The notes beneath the pieces are model-generated. The model saw only the letters and a list, made by a program, of their open reading frames with translations. It was not told where the DNA came from and ran no database searches. Positions 57,670-64,000 of a stretch of 64,000 bases of DNA are shown piece after piece; the stretch's first letter is position 1, and each line of letters opens with the position of its first letter. The stretch is from Octopus vulgaris (taxonomy: Eukaryota): the NCBI GenBank assembly GCA_951406725.2, contig OX597817.1:50654001-50718000 (forward strand). Direction: 5' to 3'. Both the position numbers and the translations under genes were made by a program.

Positions 57670-58490
57670 CCTGTCTACTATAGACACAAGGCCTGAAATT
57701 TGAGGGGTGTAGATAGTCGATTACATCGACCCCCGACCATGAATGGATGACAGGCAAAGCTTACCTCGGCTGAATTTGAACTCAAACAATGGTGTTTCTA
57801 GCATAAGCGCAAGACCAGAAATTTGAGTAGCACCGTCGCAGAAGCTAGTTGTGGGGAGGATGGCGTCTACTGTATAAGCATGTATGGAGACTACAGATGG
57901 GCGGCAAACTCAGTTTATATCACTGCTTATCAATCACAGTACTTCACTACAGCATTAAAGTACAAGGTTGCTAGCGTTGGGATTTGAAGTCACAACATAA
58001 CAAAAAGCGGAAAATTTCCCTAACGATCTCTAATTGGGCCCATATTGGTTTCAGATTTTAGCACAAGGCCAGCAATTTTGCGGGAGGGGTAAGTCGATTA
58101 AAACGATCCCAGTGTTCAACTGGTAACCTATTGTAACGACCCGGAAAAGATGAAAGGCAACTTAGAGACCGCGCGGAATTTGAAATCACAAACTACTCGA
58201 TCCGTTTACATTTTATTGCACGATCATTAGTACCAGCATGATCCGATTACACTTGGAAAGAAGGAGATGTGCTCGAAAGAGTATTCTGGCTGCTATTTTT
58301 AGCATTGTTAAGTGATAGGGTAAGACGCTCTGACGTTAAGACGGTTACTGCTTGTGTAACAGCGTGGCTGATGGCGACAGACAGTTAGGCGTGGCATGTA
58401 TAACAGAAGGGGTCGATAATATATCGTGTATTGCCGTACGCAGATAAACATACATATCCCTTGACAAACAAACATTCATACATACATACA

Positions 58491-58522
<32 letters not shown>

Positions 58523-58721
58523 AAAGGATGCACGCGTATAGACGCACATGCGCGCATATACACACATGCACACACGTACGCAGACGCACACACGCATGCA
58601 CAGAAACACACATATATACACTCATACAAACACATACGTGTGTATATTCACAAAAACCTATATCTGTCCATGTGTGTGTGTTGTCTATAGATAACTGCAT
58701 ACATATATACACACTCACATG

Positions 58722-58760
<39 letters not shown>

Positions 58761-59436
58761 GAATATATACATATTTACATACACATACATAAACACACAT
58801 TAACACGCACATAGATGCATACACATCCACACACATTCACAGTCACACACAATATACAATTCCTTGCCATATCGCAATTCATCAATCGCGATTCACTTAT
58901 CGCAGTTTATTATTTAAGCTTACGTCAATTTCCCTGTGGTATTCTTTCGCAGTTATAATAAAATAAATATATAAAAATTATAGAAATAATGAAAAAAATA
59001 TATACACGACAATACTGTTTCTATTTCACGGATATTCACCAATCGTGGGGTGGATTTGAAACACCCTTGATAGACGAAGGATTAGTGTATGTCTTTTCTC
59101 TCCCATTTCTTTCTTTCAGTCAATAGACTGAAGCCATGCTGGGGCATCTTATAAGTACTTCCTATAAGTTGCAGATCTGCCAGCGATTGAAGAAATGCAT
59201 ATCTTTACCGGCCTCAGTATATCATGTACGTAAGCATCTCATATTACATCGGTCGGCTGTCATTATCGAGTGATTAACTATAGACGTCAGAGACCACATG
59301 TTGCAACAAAGTGTTACGTGCGCAACACCACGGCAGATGGTGACTGGCAGAATGTCGTGGTATTCACGACCAACAGAACAGCATATAACATACATACAAA
59401 TAAACACAGAAGCACGCATATATATATGTGTATATA

Positions 59437-59542
<106 letters not shown>

Positions 59543-59554
59543 TACACCCCCCCC

Positions 59555-59613
<59 letters not shown>

Positions 59614-59728
59614 TAGAGAGTAATTCTTGACATTCCAACTAGCATGGTTTTCCTCATGGCAGAGACTTCCTAACACAATTTCTACTTCAATTTTGTACTT
59701 TAAATGTTCAACGAGGGGAACTAATATA

Positions 59729-60146
59729 TACGAGGTCTGATCAATAGGTATCCGGACTGCTGTCATAGTGACAATCCAAAATACTCGGAGTAAAGCCGCT
59801 TGGCAAAGATTGACCTTGATCTCTCCTGTGCATGCGTACTAAGTTTTAACTATCTAGCTCTCTTCCGCTGTTTACAGTAATTCTTGGAAGAAAGGTGTGT
59901 AGCGTGTGATCGTCACATTGACTATGAGTGGGAAAGTTGACATGACATGGCGATACCTGCTAAGAGGCCCACGCAAAGTTGCAGAAACTGTATGGAGAGG
60001 AGTGTATGAACCGAACACAAGTGGACGAGTGACTCAGAGGTTTCCAAGATTGCCGGAAAATGTCAACATTGACGAACGTTCTGGGAGAAAATCATCGCAA
60101 CGTTCTGAACTGAATTGGCCTCGTAAATAAATTATTCATACCTCAT
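59729..60146 (+). mobile_element. Internally deleted mariner
   Basis: TAcgaggtctgatcaata 5' TIR; RF..ENVNIDERSGR resembles the mariner HTH linker; 3' TIR degraded. Confidence 0.65.
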
Positions 60147-60598
60147 ATATTAAATTTTATCTAATTTAATAACCAGTAGTTGTACACAATATCGGAACGT
60201 CACAAGGCCATAACTCACATAAGGCTAGTGTTACAAAAATACACTTTGACCTACTTGAAGGTTTAGTACACTTATTTCGGACTTAATACCACTATCACGA
60301 CGAGGCCAACCTTTTAATAGTCTTTTTTTTATAGCAGTATTAAATTTCCAAATCTCCCTCTCACATTCTCTTCTCTCAAAAGCTATATCATCCTAGCAAA
60401 ATAACGTTAGCCAAGCCTACATGCACTTTGCTTCCTGCAAACAGACCTTGAAAAAGTTGCATAGATTGCTAACTGGCGGGAAATAGCTGATTGAAAATGC
60501 AACAGAAATGTGCGTCGGGGAGATTTAAACTAAATATGGTGTATAACTGACTAGAAAAATATGCAGATGTACTAATCTCCGTATTCAATCTAATTGTC

Positions 60599-60644
<46 letters not shown>

Positions 60645-60673
60645 AAAGTGAAGTTGTAAGGTACTGCACGAGT

Positions 60674-60713
<40 letters not shown>

Positions 60714-60759
60714 CAGTGAAGTTGTAAGGTACCGCACGAGTGGAAATATGTATATGTAC

Positions 60760-60798
<39 letters not shown>

Positions 60799-60806
60799 TG
60801 TGTGTG

Positions 60807-61204
60807 TGTGACAATTATTCGGTAGCCAAGATAAAACTCTGAGTTTCGGATGCCGAGGTGGAAATCCACACTACCATCTCTTCAGTTATCCGGCCATCGG
60901 AAAAACGCTATGAAAAAAGACCGTTATACAAAGGGAAATTACTGTGTTATAGACCGCTATTTATACAAAAGCGCTATTCGAATGACCGCTAATTAAGGTA
61001 AGGTAAAAAGTTCATAGTATACGCGTAAGCGCGTCTGTTCATTCGTATACATGTGCATTCGCACACCAACGTGCATATGCGTACACCACTAGAAAAACGT
61101 ACACATCTTCGCTCGCATCTTTCGCCAAATGAGATGGTGGTGTGGATTTCCTCCTCGGTATCCGAAACTCAGAGTTTTACCTTGGCTACCGAATAATTGT
61201 CACA
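60807..61204. mobile_element. MITE with ~74-bp TIRs (TGTGACAATTATTCGGTAGCCAAG..)
   Basis: 60807-60880 is the inverse of 61131-61204. Confidence 0.85.
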
Positions 61205-61289
61205 TATTAATTTTACAGATTAATTCCTCTATTTACATAATATTGAGGTCTCTTTCTTTCTTTTGTTATCTTACCGTTTTTACCAATAT

Positions 61290-61338
<49 letters not shown>

Positions 61339-61381
61339 CAAAAAAAGAAAATAGAAACTACACGTGGTAATGTAAGGGGAA

Positions 61382-61423
<42 letters not shown>

Positions 61424-62039
61424 CTAAGTGAAGTTGTAAGGTACCGCACGAGTGGCAATATATATGAAAGAAGGTTTGAAAATGCAATTTTAAAAGATGT
61501 TTATTCACTTGGCTGGTTTCGCTTTTTTAGAAAAGGATTGTCAAATGTAAAATGTAAAAGCTTTGTTGTGTTAAGTACTGGTTGTCACAAAATATTAAAA
61601 ATACATATATACATTCTTTGATAATAATAAGAGAAATTTTAAAAACAGTTTACAAGGAAAAAATCTTGAGAAAATATTAAAAAGTTCGTTTAAAATATTA
61701 GGATTTCATAAAAAATTATGTTTCTTTGGAAGTGTATATATATATATGTATAAGTATAAATATATGATGCATATGACAGTTTAAAAGTTCTGAAGTTTGA
61801 AAGCAAGCACAAACCGCGAAGTAGATGAAACAGAGACAACTGATGAAGGGGAATATTCTTTATGTTGCATGTCTCGTTTCTCTGGGGTTTTTTTTCGTTA
61901 TTCGAAAAAAAAATTCGTTTTCTGTGTTTTTGTTTTTATATTTTCGTTTCCCATTGTGTATATATTCATGTATATATACATATATATGTAGGTATATACA
62001 TATATGTATGTATATATGCATGTATATATATATACATAC

Positions 62040-62119
<80 letters not shown>

Positions 62120-62270
62120 ATACACGCATATACACACACATGCGTGTAATAAGCGTATATCTATATGAATGTGCCTATATAGATTTGTATGTATGAAGGT
62201 GTGTATTCATGTGTGCGTGTGTTCGTATGTGTACGTGCGTCTGTATACGTATGCTTGCCTGTATTTAAGG

Positions 62271-62357
62271 CATGCAAATCGTACTTCAGTTGCATAAGCA
62301 AATGCCAATAACATGCAAATCGTACTTCAGTTGCATAAGCAAATGCCAATAACATGC
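62271..62357. repeat. 41-bp tandem duplication
   Basis: catgcaaatcgtacttcagttgcataagcaaatgccaataa x2. Confidence 0.95.
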
Positions 62358-63514
62358 CAGCTTTTAATAAATGTTTTTCACATTTATGAAAGATACAAAT
62401 CGAAAGTAGGAACAAACACTCGCTGTGCACCTTACGGCAATTACATTTTCGCGTTTCCCTTATGACATGCCCAGAAGAATTAAGCGTTGTGGAAAATACA
62501 CATATATTGTATTTATTCGGGTATAACTTTTATATTGCGTATAAAGTTGCAAGGAAAAAATCACGGCTTGCAGGGTGGGTGAGATTTATGCATGAGTCTA
62601 AGAAATGTTGAATTATGAATGTTTGGTGGCAACTTCAAAATGAAATCAGTATTGTGCGACTTATCTTAATATATATAAAATTGAAATTGTGTGTAAAAGA
62701 ATTTAATGTACAGCAGTAACTTCTACATCTTTCATCCGATTTCTTTAAAAATTTTATACACAACGGCTTCATATTCCTGACTCGGACATAGGCTACTTAG
62801 CTTTTTTAAAAAAAAACTCGATATTGGGGCCTCTAGAGCAAACCCAATAAGGTAAATATTTACAAGTACATCCCCATGATTTTCAACACAAAAAAAAAAA
62901 AAAGATTTTTCGCGTGGAATCAACTTCCCCGACCTGCTACTTTTCTGTTGATCCCTTATTTCGGTGGTTCGGAAAAAAATGGGGGTGCGGGACGTCCCGG
63001 ATTTTTTGGAAATTTTTTTTTCGTAGAATGAATTACGGTGAGCTCTTAATATGCCACAAAACCCTGTTTTTGTCAGGAAAACAGTGGGTGGGGGTGTAAA
63101 CCTCGAAAATTTCACGAAAACCCCTCCAAGTTTCACAGGCAAAAGATAACAAAAGAATAGTGTACGGGTAAGTTTTACTCAACAAAGTCAGTGCAGTGTG
63201 ACTAAGAAGATCTGGCTTCTATGTCTAACAAGACGTGTGCAACTGGAAAGGCTCCATTGTCAACAAGGAATAACCCTCGAGTAAATATTTGCCAAAAAAA
63301 TGTTCCCTGTGGAATTTAAAATGTATATAATCAGTATGTTTTCCTTATTAAAACGGAATTGGTTTGAAGTGTTTCCAATGCATTGATAGAGAGGGTACGT
63401 TATTATTTTACACATTACTTAATCATTGTTATATGTCTTATCTTATATTTAATCTTTCTATAATATATAATTTTTCTTAATGGTATAACTTAATTTTTCA
63501 TAATTGAATTGATG

Positions 63515-63645
63515 AAAGGTGGCTTTATTCTAATTTATATATCTATATATATATTACATTGTGTGAAATTTGATTTAGTATTTCTAAATTTAATTTTTCC
63601 CTATAAGTTTGGAATAATATTCCCTCATATGATTATTATTATCAT
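63515..63645 (+). mobile_element. Diverged tail of the 37731/52528 family abutting (TA)n
   Basis: ttttccctataagtttggaataatattccctcata resembles the reverse complement of 37735-37775. Confidence 0.5.
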
Positions 63646-63951
63646 ATATATATACATATATATATGTATATATATATACATACATATATATATATATATA
63701 CACATATATATATATATATATATGCATATATGCATACACACATATATATATATATACAATATATATATATATATATATATAATATATATATACATATTTA
63801 CATATATATACATATACATATATAAATATGCATATATAAGTACATACATATAAAAATATAGATATATACGTACATACCTATATATATATAAATATACATA
63901 TATACATATATATATATTCATATACATATATAAATATACGTATATACATAA

Positions 63952-64000
<49 letters not shown>
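63645..64000. repeat. (TA)n degenerate array
   Basis: Directly visible. Confidence 0.97.

Noticed and set aside
60642-61460. CRISPR-like repeat-spacer pattern
   Set aside because: Eukaryotic context, spacers are TA runs, no cas genes.
61826-61880. GAAAC..CTGATGA motif as a hammerhead
   Set aside because: Order and spacing do not give stems II/III; folds as a simple hairpin.
62660-63140. Possible non-autonomous Helitron (tcttaatatatataaaa start)
   Set aside because: No 3' hairpin/CTAG end identified.

Overview
AT-rich, repeat-saturated eukaryotic DNA, probably intronic or intergenic. No host gene could be supported. The SINE and microsatellite repertoire resembles an octopus/cephalopod genome (recognition from memory, not tested). 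Contents: very long (TA)n, (CATA)n and (AAT)n arrays, which generate nearly all low-complexity ORFs in the track; many tRNA-derived SINEs of at least three families; decayed LINEs (CR1-group x4, R4/Dong-like x2, RTE-like x2); DNA transposon relics (mariner, Tc1-like, Chapaev-like); and MITEs (Merlin-like with 8-bp TSDs, mariner-like, hAT-like). The most notable signal is a set of non-coding elements embedded mostly in (TA)n tracts, built as a fold-back inverted repeat plus a one-sided 70-105 nt tail. They carry type I hammerhead ribozyme motifs (stem I-CUGANGA-stem II-GAAA-stem III-NUH-stem I'), usually on both strands. There are ten motif copies in six loci from about five sequence families. 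This fits Penelope-like pseudo-LTR or retrozyme-like elements, but no RT/GIY-YIG ORF is visible in the window. All folds and alignments were made by eye.
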